Below are positions 39,113 through 52,460 of a DNA stretch of 64,000 bases, piece after piece. Made by a program: the position numbers and the translations under genes. The stretch spans positions 620,001 to 684,000 of the forward strand of contig NW_026782437.1 in assembly GCF_031769215.1 (NCBI RefSeq). Reading direction: 5' to 3'. This DNA is from Ylistrum balloti. Taxonomy: Eukaryota. Within the stretch, counting starts at the first letter, position 1. Each line of letters begins with the position of its first letter. Under the pieces are notes generated by a model. That model was not told where the DNA came from. It saw only the letters and a program-made list of their open reading frames with translations, and ran no database searches.

Positions 39113-41080
39113 CAATGATAATGCCACTAACCTCCTGTTTTCATCTTTACATTACAGATGTACTTTACCAATCCTTCTGCACATTACACAAATGCAGTAT
39201 CAAGGTCAAATACTTTCTCTGCATTCCTAATACATGTGATTTAATACATTTCTAGAAGTACTAATATTATTCCAAGATCAGAGTAATTAGTAAGTTACCG
39301 GAAAAAAAACTGTAGGAAATTATTGTAAAAAATAATTTAGTGAACAAAATCTATGATATGTTGATAAAACATTAAAAATGGCACGAGAAGGAATTTTCCA
39401 CTATTTCAGCTGTGATTAGTGTTAGAACATTACAAATGCAAATTGCTTCCTTACCATTTCAGCTGTGAGAAGCTTTTCAAGTTCATCTTTATGTTGTGTA
39501 CAAAGCTCTGCCCATTTTCTGAGAATACTACTTCTTTCCTAGAAACAGAATAATACATGTGTTGAGCGTTCTCCATCCAAAGTACATGGTTCAATGCCCC
39601 CTCCCTACCCCACTCCTGTGGCAGGTTGAATTTCTAAGGCAGTAAAGAAACAGATCAGTTTATGCCTTAAGAGGTGGTGTTCTAGAGAAAGACACTGTAT
39701 CCCATTTACTCTGTTATTCAGTAACATAACTTCCATCCACTCCAAGGAGGCCATGCCTCTAAATGACACTGGCTATTGGTGGGGAAATAAAACATGCAAA
39801 TACAAATACTCACTACATTCTTACTAAAATCTAAAATGATACAATATTTTACTAATTACATATCACTATATCTAGATACTAACCCTGGCTGTGGTTTCCT
39901 TCCACGTCTGAAACGCCTTGTAAGCCACCTTTATTGCTTCCTCTGTGTCCTGGGCATCCATGTCAGGGACGCTCCCTATCACTCCACCTGTCGATGGATT
40001 GACCACTACAAACAAGGTATTTAAAAAATTACATAACATCATTGGTCTTTCTTAGTTGACAAGGAAAACGTGACTTAAATCTTTGTTATGTATATCTTGA
40101 TTATGATATAAAGATCAATCGATTTTGGAAATAAATGGAAAACAAAGATGTCTGACTGGCTTCTCAGCATTCTTGGTACTTTGAGGTTACAATCACTTCC
40201 ATTCACTGCACCCCTGGAATAGATCCTGGCAAAACTGAAGGCTCAGGAGAGCTAATTTCATTGGTCTAGAGCAAGTTTCAAGAGAAAAAACTGACCAAGC
40301 ACAGTCTGATATGCTTTTTTGAAGATTACAAAAGACCAACACCCAACTTTAAAGTGAGCACACCATACCATTATATAATCTCGATTAAAGGATTAAACTA
40401 GTCTTCTCGTCTTATCCATAATGTGTCACTTCTTAAAAGATTGAAAATGTATTCTTATTTCTCATATCTTAATGGCTATTTTCTTCAATTAAGCTTGGTG
40501 AAAAAAATGTATTAATTATGAATTGATGCAAGATATCTCATATGTAAAACATCTCCAAAAAGTCTAATGCATCTCATTATCATTATACTGACTTACAAGT
40601 AAGGAAGATAACAGTATGATACCTGATGTAACATACAAGACATTTCAGTTCTATATTTTTCCATTTATAGAAGTACAATATATTTAATGTGTCATGTTGA
40701 ATTATAAACAGGCTGCGTACCTTGAAAAGTTTTCCCACTGGCAGCAGGAATCCATTTCCCATCAATGAATGCATTTTCATGCATGAATGAACTAGCATTC
40801 CTTGTAACCCCAGCTGTTGCAGCTGGTACTCTGTCCATCCTTAGTTGGTGGAGCGTTAAGGCTACAGAATGAAATTTCCTAAACAAAAAAGGCTGTAAAG
40901 GAGAAGTGAAAACATTTACATCAAATGCAACCTAAATTAGTAAATAAATGAAATGAAGACAAAACAAATACAATTGAAGAACCTTATACTATTTCTACCA
41001 AGTTTGACAGATATAAGAAACATGTCTATTAATGAAAGGATGATGGTCCGATATAATCGATTATCTAATAGTTGATTGAT

Positions 41081-44000
41081 CAGTTGTACCTTAATATTTT
41101 AGCAAAAACCAAAATTGTAACTTGGCATAATAAAGATGTCAATTGCCAATAATATTCATTCTTATACAAATTCTTGGTAAGCGAGATATTTCGTTTAAAG
41201 GTTCAAGAAATGAAATATTAATTCCATGCAGAATGCATTCATTTTCTATGAAAATTAACACACAGTCAGGTGAATAATTATGTGATCGATTAAATACATA
41301 AAAAGATCTATCCAATTTCAACAGATAATTGATTATTGATTTTAACCAATACCCCATCTCCAACATCGTATTCTTCCTTCAGTCCTGCATGTTGGTAAAC
41401 ATTGCCCAAAATGGAAGAGTATGTCTCACTCTGTTGTATATTCGTGGTGAAGAAAGTATGCTAATATTCAAATTTGTTATATGTATATTTGAATCTATCA
41501 GACTTTCAATCGATACTGATTTATTGCCAAATCCTAAGCAGTTCTAAGGACATGTAATAGCAATTCTTTTTCCTATTATTCGTTTTTCAAATATTGAGCT
41601 TTTGAATTGTATACATGTCAATCTACTTGTAATATTTACGATGGAATGTATATTAAAGTACATTTTACATGTATCCTTGTGTTTCCAAGTGACCAATGTT
41701 TTATGCACAACACTTTGATAGCCGATCCATTACATTACAGATAACGTTAGCCTGCATACCGAAGAAATCTGCAGTCTTAATTGTTTTGATCAATATCACT
41801 GATAAATTATGCTGAATTCGCTCATACTATAAGTGATAATTCCGCATTTCGCCTCATTTACTAACTAAACTACTATAGCAGACTTTTTCTTCTTTACGTA
41901 CAGGTCACTAACTATCTTCCAAAAGATTGATACAAACCATGATGTGAAAACTGATCCCTACATGTCCACGCTGCGATACTGGGGAACATATCTCATGATA
42001 TAATCTAATATGGAAGCCTCTTATCAGTATACGTGTAACAGGATATTAAAAAACTAAAAAACTGAAAAAGTTAGAGTAGTTTCCCTTATACCAGACCGAG
42101 CCCATCCTAGAGGGTTTGTCATGAGCTGCGTACTTGCCTGTCGATCAAAAGGGGATATTACTGAATCCATGAATACAAAAAAATATTTTGGAATAAATGT
42201 CACCTCGGATGAAATTTGACAGTAAAATGGTACTACTTACTGGTATACATTCAGCATTTCAGATTTAAGATTTATTTGCAAAATATTTTTGAACTTTCTT
42301 TAATTTCGTTTCCATTATCAAATTGTGTTGTTTTCACTTCAACAAAAACAAGATACTGACTACATCTTGTTTGTGATTAGGAGAGTTGGACAAAACACAA
42401 CATAAAGCAGATTTCTGATATTGTCGCTTTTTATTGTTGGATCAGAAATATAAATATTTCTGTAATAGATGAAGATATCATAGTATACATTCTCTACGTG
42501 TTTATTTTATTGGCTTCAGCTAAGATATGTCATTGGTCTCTACATCTAATGTAATACTTACAAATCTAAATCTTCATATATATATGGTGCTTGATATAAT
42601 GATAGTGGATTACCATACAACCATCAATTGCACAGTCATTTTGAGACTAGAAATAATATCTGGCTAATAAACTACATCTGTTTACACATGGTTTATAAAA
42701 TGGATACAAATTCTATATGACTTTCGTAACCTCTCATTACTTATATTAAAAAGCATGGTTCTACATGTATGTGTTTAAGATGACAATTCTGTATTTGTTT
42801 TTTTTAGACTGCTTATGCTACATAACTAATGTCCACTTTCAATCTAACTGGCTCTTGACACTTCTATAAAAAGACGAGGCACAAAGCAGATTACTAATTA
42901 TTTTTCTGATATTTTACATATAGGAATTTATATATAGCATATTTCACATAGACCTCATTCACAAATTACATTCAGCAATTAAGATATAATCAATTACCCT
43001 TTCCCAATATAAGAATATTTTACATAATCATCATCTTTGCATGAAAAATTTGGCGTGCAACAGCAATTGCCATTTTGAAATAAAAGTACACATTCAGCAA
43101 CTCGCAACAAGCACTTGACTTCTATAAACACCAACTTTACTAAAAATATGGAAATGGTTTCATTTTGATTAATGAATACTTCTTCATTAGGTACATTGTA
43201 TAACACAAACAACTCTTGCATCTACTCACATACACAACTATTTGATTTAGAGGTACTCATTGATTCAGTACTGCTGTCTCTACCAGGTTGTAGTTAATTT
43301 AAAAATATATATCTAAGCAGAGATGTATAATTCACAGTCTATATTCCACCCAGCTGTACCTTAATATTTTCTTGTGTTTTAGCAAAAACAAAATTGTTAT
43401 TAAGCATAATAGAGATGTCAATTGCCAATAATATTCATTCTTATGCAAATTCTTGGAAAACGACATATTTGGCGTTAAAGGTACAAGAAATAAAATATTA
43501 ATTCCATGCAGAATGCATTCACTTTCTATGAAAATTAACACACAGTCAGGTGAATAATTACATGTATGTGATCGATTAAATACACCAGAAAACCTATTCA
43601 ATTTCAACAGATAATTGATTATTGATTTTAACCAATACCCCATCTCCAACATCCGTATTGTTCCTTCAGTCCTGCATGTTGGTAAACATTGCCCAAAATG
43701 GAAGAGTGTGTCTCAATCTGTTGTATATTCGTGGTGAAGAAAGTATGCTAACATTCAAATTTGTTATATGTAAATTTGAATCTATCAGACTTTCAATCGA
43801 TACTGATTTATTGCCAAATCCTAAGCAGTTCTAAGGACATGTAATAGCAATTCTTTTTCCTATTATTCGTTTTTCAAATATTGAGCTTTTGAATTGTATA
43901 CATGTCGATCTACTTGTAATATTTAAGATGGAATGTATATTAAAGTACATTTTACATGTATCCTTGTGTTTCCAATTGACCAATGTTTTATGCACAACAC

Positions 44001-47000
44001 TTTGATAGCCGATCCATTACAGATAACGTTAGCCTGCATACTGAAGAAATCTGCAGTCTTAATTGTTTTGATCAATATCACTGATAAATTATGCTGAATT
44101 CGCTCATACTATAAGTGATAATTCCGCATTTCGCCTCATTTACTAACTAAACTACTATAGCAGACTTTTTCTACTTTACGTACAGGTCACTAACTATCTT
44201 CCAAAAGATTGATACCAACCATGATGTGAAAACTGATCCCTACACGTCCAAGCTGCGATACTGGGGAAAATATCTCATAATATAATCTAATATGGAAGCC
44301 TGTTATCAGTACACGTGTAACAGGATATTAAAAAATTAAAAAACTGAAAAAGTTAGAGTAGTTTCCCTTTAAACCAGACCGAGCCCATCCTAGAGGGTAT
44401 GTCATGAGCTGCGTACTTGCCTGTCGATCAAAAGGGGATATTACTGAATCCATGAATACAAAAAAATATTTTGGAATAAATGTCACCTCGGATGAAATTT
44501 GACAGTAAAATGATACTACTTACTGGTATACATTCAGCATTTCAGATTTAAGATTTATTTGCAAAATATTTTTGAACTTTCTTTAATTTCGTTTCCATTA
44601 TCAAATTGTGTTGTTTTCACTTCAACAAAAACAAGATACTGACTACATCTTGTTTGTGATTAGGAGAGTTGGACAAAACACAACATAAAGCAGATTTCTG
44701 ATATTGTCGCTTTTTATTGTTGGATCAGAAATATAAATATTTCTGTAATAGATGAAGACATCATAGTATACATTCACCACATGTTTATTTTATTGGCTTC
44801 AGCTAAGATAAGCCCTTGGTTTCTATATCTAATGTAATACTTACAAATCTAAAAATTCATCTATATATGGTGCTTGATATAATGATAGTGGATTACCATA
44901 CAACCATCAATTGCACAGTCATTTTGAGACTAGAAATAATATCTGGCTAATAAACTACATCTGTTTACACATGGTTTATAAAATGGATACAAATTCTATA
45001 TGACTTTCGTAACCTCTCATTACTTATATTAAAAAGCATGGTTCTACATGTATGTGTTTAAGATGACAATTCTGTATTTGTTTTTTTTAGACTGCTTATG
45101 CTACATAACTAATGTCCACTTTCAATCTAACTGGCTCTTGACACTTCTATAAAAAGACGAGGCACAAAGCAGATTACTAATTATTTTTCTGATATTTTAC
45201 ATATAGGAATTTATATATAGCATATTTCACATAGACCTCATTCACAAATTACATTCAGCAATTAAGATATAATCAATTACCCTTTCCCAATATAAGAATA
45301 TTTTACATAATCATCATCTTTGCATGAAAAATTTGGCGTGCAACAGCAATTGCCATTTTGAAATAAAAGTTCACATTCAGCAACTCGCAACAAGCACTTG
45401 ACTTCTATAAACACCAACTTTACTAAAAATATGGAAATGGTTTCATTTTGATTAATGAATACTTCTTCATTAGGTACATTGTATAACACAAACAACTCTT
45501 GCATCTACTCACATACACAACTATTTGATTTAGAGGTACTCATTGATTCAGTACTGCTGTCTCTACCAGGTTGTAGTTAATTTAAAAAATATATATCTAA
45601 GCAGAGATGTATAATTCACAGTCTATATTCCACCCAGCTGTACCTTAATATTTTCTTGTGTTTTAGCAAAAACAAAATTGTTATTAAGCATAATAGAGAT
45701 GTCAATTGCCAATAATATTCATTCTTATGCAAATTCTTGGTAAACGACATATTTGGCGTTAAAGGTACAAGAAATAAAATATTAATTCCATGCAGAATGC
45801 ATTCACTTTCTATGAAAATTAACACACAGTCAGGTGAATAATTACATGTATGTGATCGATTAAATACACCAGAAAACCTATTCAATTTCAACAGATAATT
45901 GATTATTGATTTTAACCAATACCCCATCTCCAACATCCGTATTGTTCCTTCAGTCCTGCATGTTGGTAAACATTGCCCAAAATGGAAGAGTGTGTCTCAA
46001 TCTGTTGTATATTCGTGGTGAAGAAAGTATGCTAACATTCAAATTTGTTATATGTAAATTTGAATCTATCAGACTTTCAATCGATACTGATTTATTGCCA
46101 AATCCTAAGCAGTTCTAAGGACATGTAATAGCAATTCTTTTTCCTATTATTCGTTTTTCAAATATTGAGCTTTTGAATTGTATACATGTCGATCTACTTG
46201 TAATATTTAAGATGGAATGTATATTAAAGTACATTTTACATGTATCCTTGTGTTTCCAATTGACCAATGTTTTATGCACAACACTTTGATAGCCGATCCA
46301 TTACAGATAACGTTAGCCTGCATACTGAAGAAATCTGCAGTCTTAATTGTTTTGATCAATATCACTGATAAATTATGCTGAATTCGCTCATACTATAAGT
46401 GATAATTCCGCATTTCGCCTCATTTACTAACTAAACTACTATAGCAGACTTTTTCTACTTTACGTACAGGTCACTAACTATCTTCCAAAAGATTGATACC
46501 AACCATGATGTGAAAACTGATCCCTACACGTCCAAGCTGCGATACTGGGGAAAATATCTCATAATATAATCTAATATGGAAGCCTCTTATCAGTACACGT
46601 GTAACAGGATATTAAAAAATTAAAAAACTGAAAAAGTTAGAGTAGTTTCCCTTTAAACCAGACCGAGCCCATCCTAGAGGGTATGTCATGAGCTGCGTAC
46701 TTGCCTGTCGATCAAAAGGGGATATTACTGAATCCATGAATACAAAAAAATATTTTGGAATAAATGTCACCTCGGATGAAATTTGACAGTAAAATGATAC
46801 TACTTACTGGTATACATTCAGCATTTCAGATTTAAGATTTATTTGCAAAATATTTTTGAACTTTCTTTAATTTCGTTTCCATTATCAAATTGTGTTGTTT
46901 TCACTTCAACAAAAACAAGATACTGACTACATCTTGTTTGTGATTAGGAGAGTTGGACAAAACACAACATAAAGCAGATTTCTGATATTGTCGCTTTTTA

Positions 47001-50000
47001 TTGTTGGATCAGAAATATAAATATTTCTGTAATAGATGAAGACATCATAGTATACATTCACCACATGTTTATTTTATTGGCTTCAGCTAAGATAAGCCCT
47101 TGGTTTCTATATCTAATGTAATACTTACAAATCTAAAAATTCATCTATATATGGTGCTTGATATAATGATAGTGGATTACCATACAACCATCAATTGCAC
47201 AGTCATTTTGAGACTAGAAATAATATCTGGCTAATAAACTACATCTGTTTACACATGGTTTATAAAATGGATACAAATTCTATATGACTTTCGTAACCTC
47301 TCATTACTTATATTAAAAAGCATGGTTCTACATGTATGTGTTTAAGATGACAATTCTGTATTTGTTTTTTTTAGACTGCTTATGCTACATAACTAATGTC
47401 CACTTTCAATCTAACTGGCTCTTGACACTTCTATAAAAAGACGAGGCACAAAGCAGATTACTAATTATTTTTCTGATATTTTACATATAGGAATTTATAT
47501 ATAGCATATTTCACATAGACCTCATTCACAAATTACATTCAGCAATTAAGATATAATCAATTACCCTTTCCCAATATAAGAATATTTTACATAATCATCA
47601 TCTTTGCATGAAAAATTTGGCGTGCAACAGCAATTGCCATTTTGAAATAAAAGTTCACATTCAGCAACTCGCAACAAGCACTTGACTTCTATAAACACCA
47701 ACTTTACTAAAAATATGGAAATGGTTTCATTTTGATTAATGAATACTTCTTCATTAGGTACATTGTATAACACAAACAACTCTTGCATCTACTCACATAC
47801 ACAACTATTTGATTTAGAGGTACTCATTGATTCAGTACTGCTGTCTCTACCAGGTTGTAGTTAATTTAAAAAATATATATCTAAGCAGAGATGTATAATT
47901 CACAGTCTATATTCCACCCAGCTGTACCTTAATATTTTCTTGTGTTTTAGCAAAAACAAAATTGTTATTAAGCATAATAGAGATGTCAATTGCCAATAAT
48001 ATTCATTCTTATGCAAATTCTTGGTAAACGACATATTTGGCGTTAAAGGTACAAGAAATAAAATATTAATTCCATGCAGAATGCATTCACTTTCTATGAA
48101 AATTAACACACAGTCAGGTGAATAATTACATGTATGTGATCGATTAAATACACCAGAAAACCTATTCAATTTCAACAGATAATTGATTATTGATTTTAAC
48201 CAATACCCCATCTCCAACATCCGTATTGTTCCTTCAGTCCTGCATGTTGGTAAACATTGCCCAAAATGGAAGAGTGTGTCTCAATCTGTTGTATATTCGT
48301 GGTGAAGAAAGTATGCTAACATTCAAATTTGTTATATGTAAATTTGAATCTATCAGACTTTCAATCGATACTGATTTATTGCCAAATCCTAAGCAGTTCT
48401 AAGGACATGTAATAGCAATTCTTTTTCCTATTATTCGTTTTTCAAATATTGAGCTTTTGAATTGTATACATGTCGATCTACTTGTAATATTTAAGATGGA
48501 ATGTATATTAAAGTACATTTTACATGTATCCTTGTGTTTCCAATTGACCAATGTTTTATGCACAACACTTTGATAGCCGATCCATTACAGATAACGTTAG
48601 CCTGCATACTGAAGAAATCTGCAGTCTTAATTGTTTTGATCAATATCACTGATAAATTATGCTGAATTCGCTCATACTATAAGTGATAATTCCGCATTTC
48701 GCCTCATTTACTAACTAAACTACTATAGCAGACTTTTTCTACTTTACGTACAGGTCACTAACTATCTTCCAAAAGATTGATACCAACCATGATGTGAAAA
48801 CTGATCCCTACGTCCAAGCTGCGATACTGGGGAAAATATCTCATAATATAATCTAATATGGAAGCCTCTTATCAGTACACGTGTAACAGGATATTAAAAA
48901 ATTAAAAAACTGAAAAAGTTAGAGTAGTTTCCCTTTAAACCAGACCGAGCCCATCCTAGAGGGTATGTCATGAGCTGCGTACTTGCCTGTCGATCAAAAG
49001 GGGATATTACTGAATCCATGAATACAAAAAAATATTTTGGAATAAATGTCACCTCGGATGAAATTTGACAGTAAAATGGTACTACTTACTGGTATACATT
49101 CAGCATTTCAGATTTAAGATTTATTTGCAAAATATTTTTGAACTTTCTTTAATTTCGTTTCCATTATCAAATTGTGTTGTTTTCACTTCAACAAAAACAA
49201 GATACTGACTACATCTTGTTTGTGATTAGGAGAGTTGGACAAAACACAACATAAAGCAGATTTCTGATATTGTCGCTTTTTATTGTTGGATCAGAAATAT
49301 AAATATTTCTGTAATAGATGAAGACATCATAGTATACATTCACCACATGTTTATTTTATTGGCTTCAGCTAAGATAAGCCCTTGGTTTCTATATCTAATG
49401 TAATACTTACAAATCTAAAAATTCATCTATATATGGTGCTTGATATAATGATAGTGGATTACCATACAACCATCAATTGCACAGTCATTTTGAGACTAGA
49501 AATAATATCTGGCTAGTAAACTACATCTGTTTACACATGGTTTATAAAATGGATACAAATTCTATATGACTTTCGTAACCTCTCATTACTTATATTAAAA
49601 AGCATGGTTCTACATGTATGTGTTTAAGATGACAATTCTGTATTTGTTTTTTTTAGACTGCTTATGCTACATAACTAATGTCCACTTTCAATCTAACTGG
49701 CTCTTGACACTTCTATAAAAAGACGAGGCACAAAGCAGATTACTAATTATTTTTCTGATATTTTACATATAGGAATTTATATATAGCATATTTCACATAG
49801 ACCTCATTCACAAATTACATTCAGCAATTAAGATATAATCAATTACCCTTTCCCAATATAAGAATATTTTACATAATCATCATCTTTGCATGAAAAATTT
49901 GGCGTGCAACAGCAATTGCCATTTTGAAATAAAAGTTCACATTCAGCAACTCGCAACAAGCACTTGACTTCTATAAACACCAACTTTACTAAAAATATGG

Positions 50001-52460
50001 AAATGGTTTCATTTTGATTAATGAATACTTCTTCATTAGGTACATTGTATAACACAAACAACTCTTGCATCTACTCACATACACAACTATTTGATTTAGA
50101 GGTACTCATTGATTCAGTACTGCTGTCTCTACCAGGTTGTAGTTAATTTAAAAAATATATATCTAAGCAGAGATGTATAATTCACAGTCTATATTCCACC
50201 CAGCTGTACCTTAATATTTTCTTGTGTTTTAGCAAAAACAAAATTGTTATTAAGCATAATAGAGATGTCAATTGCCAATAATATTCATTCTTATGCAAAT
50301 TCTTGGTAAACGACATATTTGGCGTTAAAGGTACAAGAAATAAAATATCAATTCCATGCAGAATGCATTCACTTTCTATGAAAATTAACACACAGTCAGG
50401 TGAATAATTACATGTATGTGATCGATTAAATACACCAGAAAACCTATTCAATTTCAACAGATAATTGATTATTGATTTTAACCAATACCCCATCTCCAAC
50501 ATCCGTATTGTTCCTTCAGTCCTGCATGTTGGTAAACATTGCCCAAAATGGAAGAGTGTGTCTCAGTCTGTTGTATATTCGTGGTGAAGAAAGTATGCTA
50601 ACATTCAAATTTGTTATATGTATATTTGAATCTATCAGACTTTCAATCGATACTGATTTATTGCCAAATCCTAAGCAGTTCTAAGGACATGTAATAGCAA
50701 TTCTTTTTCCTATTATTCGTTTTTCAAATATTGAGCTTTTGAATTGTATACATGTAGATCTACTTGTAATATTTAAGATGGATTGTATATTAAAGTACAT
50801 TTTACATGTATCCTTGTGTTTCCAAGTGACCAATGTTTATGCACAACACTTTGATAGCCGACCCGTTACAGATAACGTTAGCCTGCATACTGAAGAAATC
50901 TGCAGTCTTAATTGTTTTGATCAATATCACTGATAAATTATGCTGAATTCGCTCATACTATAAGTGATAATTCCGCATTTCGCCTCATTTACTAAGTAAA
51001 CTACTATAGCAGACTTTTTCTACTTTACGTACAGGTCACTTACTATCTTCCAAAAGATTGATACCAACCATGATGTGAAAACTGATCCCTACACGTCCAA
51101 GCTGCGATACTGGGGAAAATATCTCATAATATAATCTAATATGGAAGCCTCTTATCAGTATACGTGTAACAGGATATTAAAAAATTAAAAAACTGAAAAA
51201 GTTAGAGTAGTTTCCCTTAAAACCAGACCGAGCCCATCCTAGAGGGTATGTCATGAGCTGCGTACTTGCCTGTCGATCAAAAGGGGATATTACTGAATCC
51301 ATGAATACAAAAAAATATTTTGGAAAAAATGTCACCTCGGATGAAATTTGACAGTAAAATGGTACTACTTACTGGTATACATTCAGCATTTCAGATTTAA
51401 GATTTATTTGCAAAATATTTTTGAACTTTCTTTAATTTCGTTTCCATTATCAAATTGTGTTGTTTTCACTTCAACAAAAACAAGATACTGACTACATCTT
51501 GTTTGTGATTAGGAGAGTTGGACAAAACACAACATAAAGCAGATTTCTGATATTGTCGCTTTTTATTGTTGGATCAGAAATATAAATATTTCTGTAATAG
51601 ATGAAGACATAATAGTATACATTCACCACATGTTTATTTTATTGGCTTCAGCTAAGATATGTCATTGGTCTCCATATCTAATGTAATACTTACAAATCTA
51701 AATCTTCATCTATATATGGTGCTTGATATAATGATAGTGGATTACCATACAACCATCAATTGCAAAGTCATTTTGAGACTAGAAATAATATCTGGCTAAT
51801 AAACTACATCTGTTTACACATGGTTTATAAAATGGATACAAATTCTATATGACTTTCGTAACCTCTCATTACTTATATTAAAAAGCATGGTTCTACATTG
51901 TATGTATGTATTTAAGATGACAATTCTGTATTTGTTTTTTAGACTGCTTATGCTACATAACTAATGTCCAATTTCAATCTAACTGGCTCTTGACACTTCT
52001 ATAAAAAGATGAGGCACAAATCAGATTACTAATTCTTTTCCTGATATTTTACATATAGGAATTTATATATAGCATATTTCACATAGACCTCATTCACAAA
52101 TTACATTCAGCAATTAAGATATAATCAACTACCCTTTCCCAATATAAGAATTTTTTACATAAGCACCATCTTTGCATGAAAAATTTGGCGTGCAACAGCA
52201 ATTGCCATTTTGAAATAAAAGTTCACATTCAGCAACTCGCAACAAGCACTTGACTTCTATAAACACCAACTTTACTAAAAATATGGAAATGGTTTCATTT
52301 TGATTAATGAATACTTCTTCATTAGGTACATTGTATAACAACTCTTGCATCTACTCACATACACAACTATTTGATTGATTTAGTACTGTTTTCGCTAAAA
52401 TGTTTTAGTTAATCTGAAAATATATATCTAAGTACATATTTATGATTCAGTCTATATTCC
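41081..52460. repeat. Five tandem ~2.28-kb copies of the SSADH inter-copy spacer (5' flank + 3' flank) joined by four gene-deletion junctions
   Basis: Junction tctatattccacc-ca-gctgtacc at 43351, 45635, 47919, 50201 (periods 2284, 2284, 2282); the same short ORFs recur in the track at that period. Confidence 0.95.

Larger units (their letters stand above)
34103..40886 (-). pseudogene. ALDH5A1: Succinate-semialdehyde dehydrogenase copy 1; frame intact but start codon and one splice acceptor mutated (probable incipient pseudogene)
   Basis: Exons (-): 40886-40721, 40005-39884, 39538-39455, 38362-38192, 38045-37929, 37186-37043, 36885-36742, 36485-36327, 35781-35618, 34985-34927, 34308-34103 (1536 nt). 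Motifs [57 protein letters not shown] at 40886-40884 where copy 2 has ATG; AT instead of AG at 34987-34986. Confidence 0.8.

Noticed and set aside
41081-52460. Recurrent 70-106 aa ORFs (MQELF..., MLEMGY..., MILTN...) as a tandem gene family
   Set aside because: They are by-products of the repeated spacer, derive from SSADH flanks, use weak starts and vary by indels among paralogous flanks.
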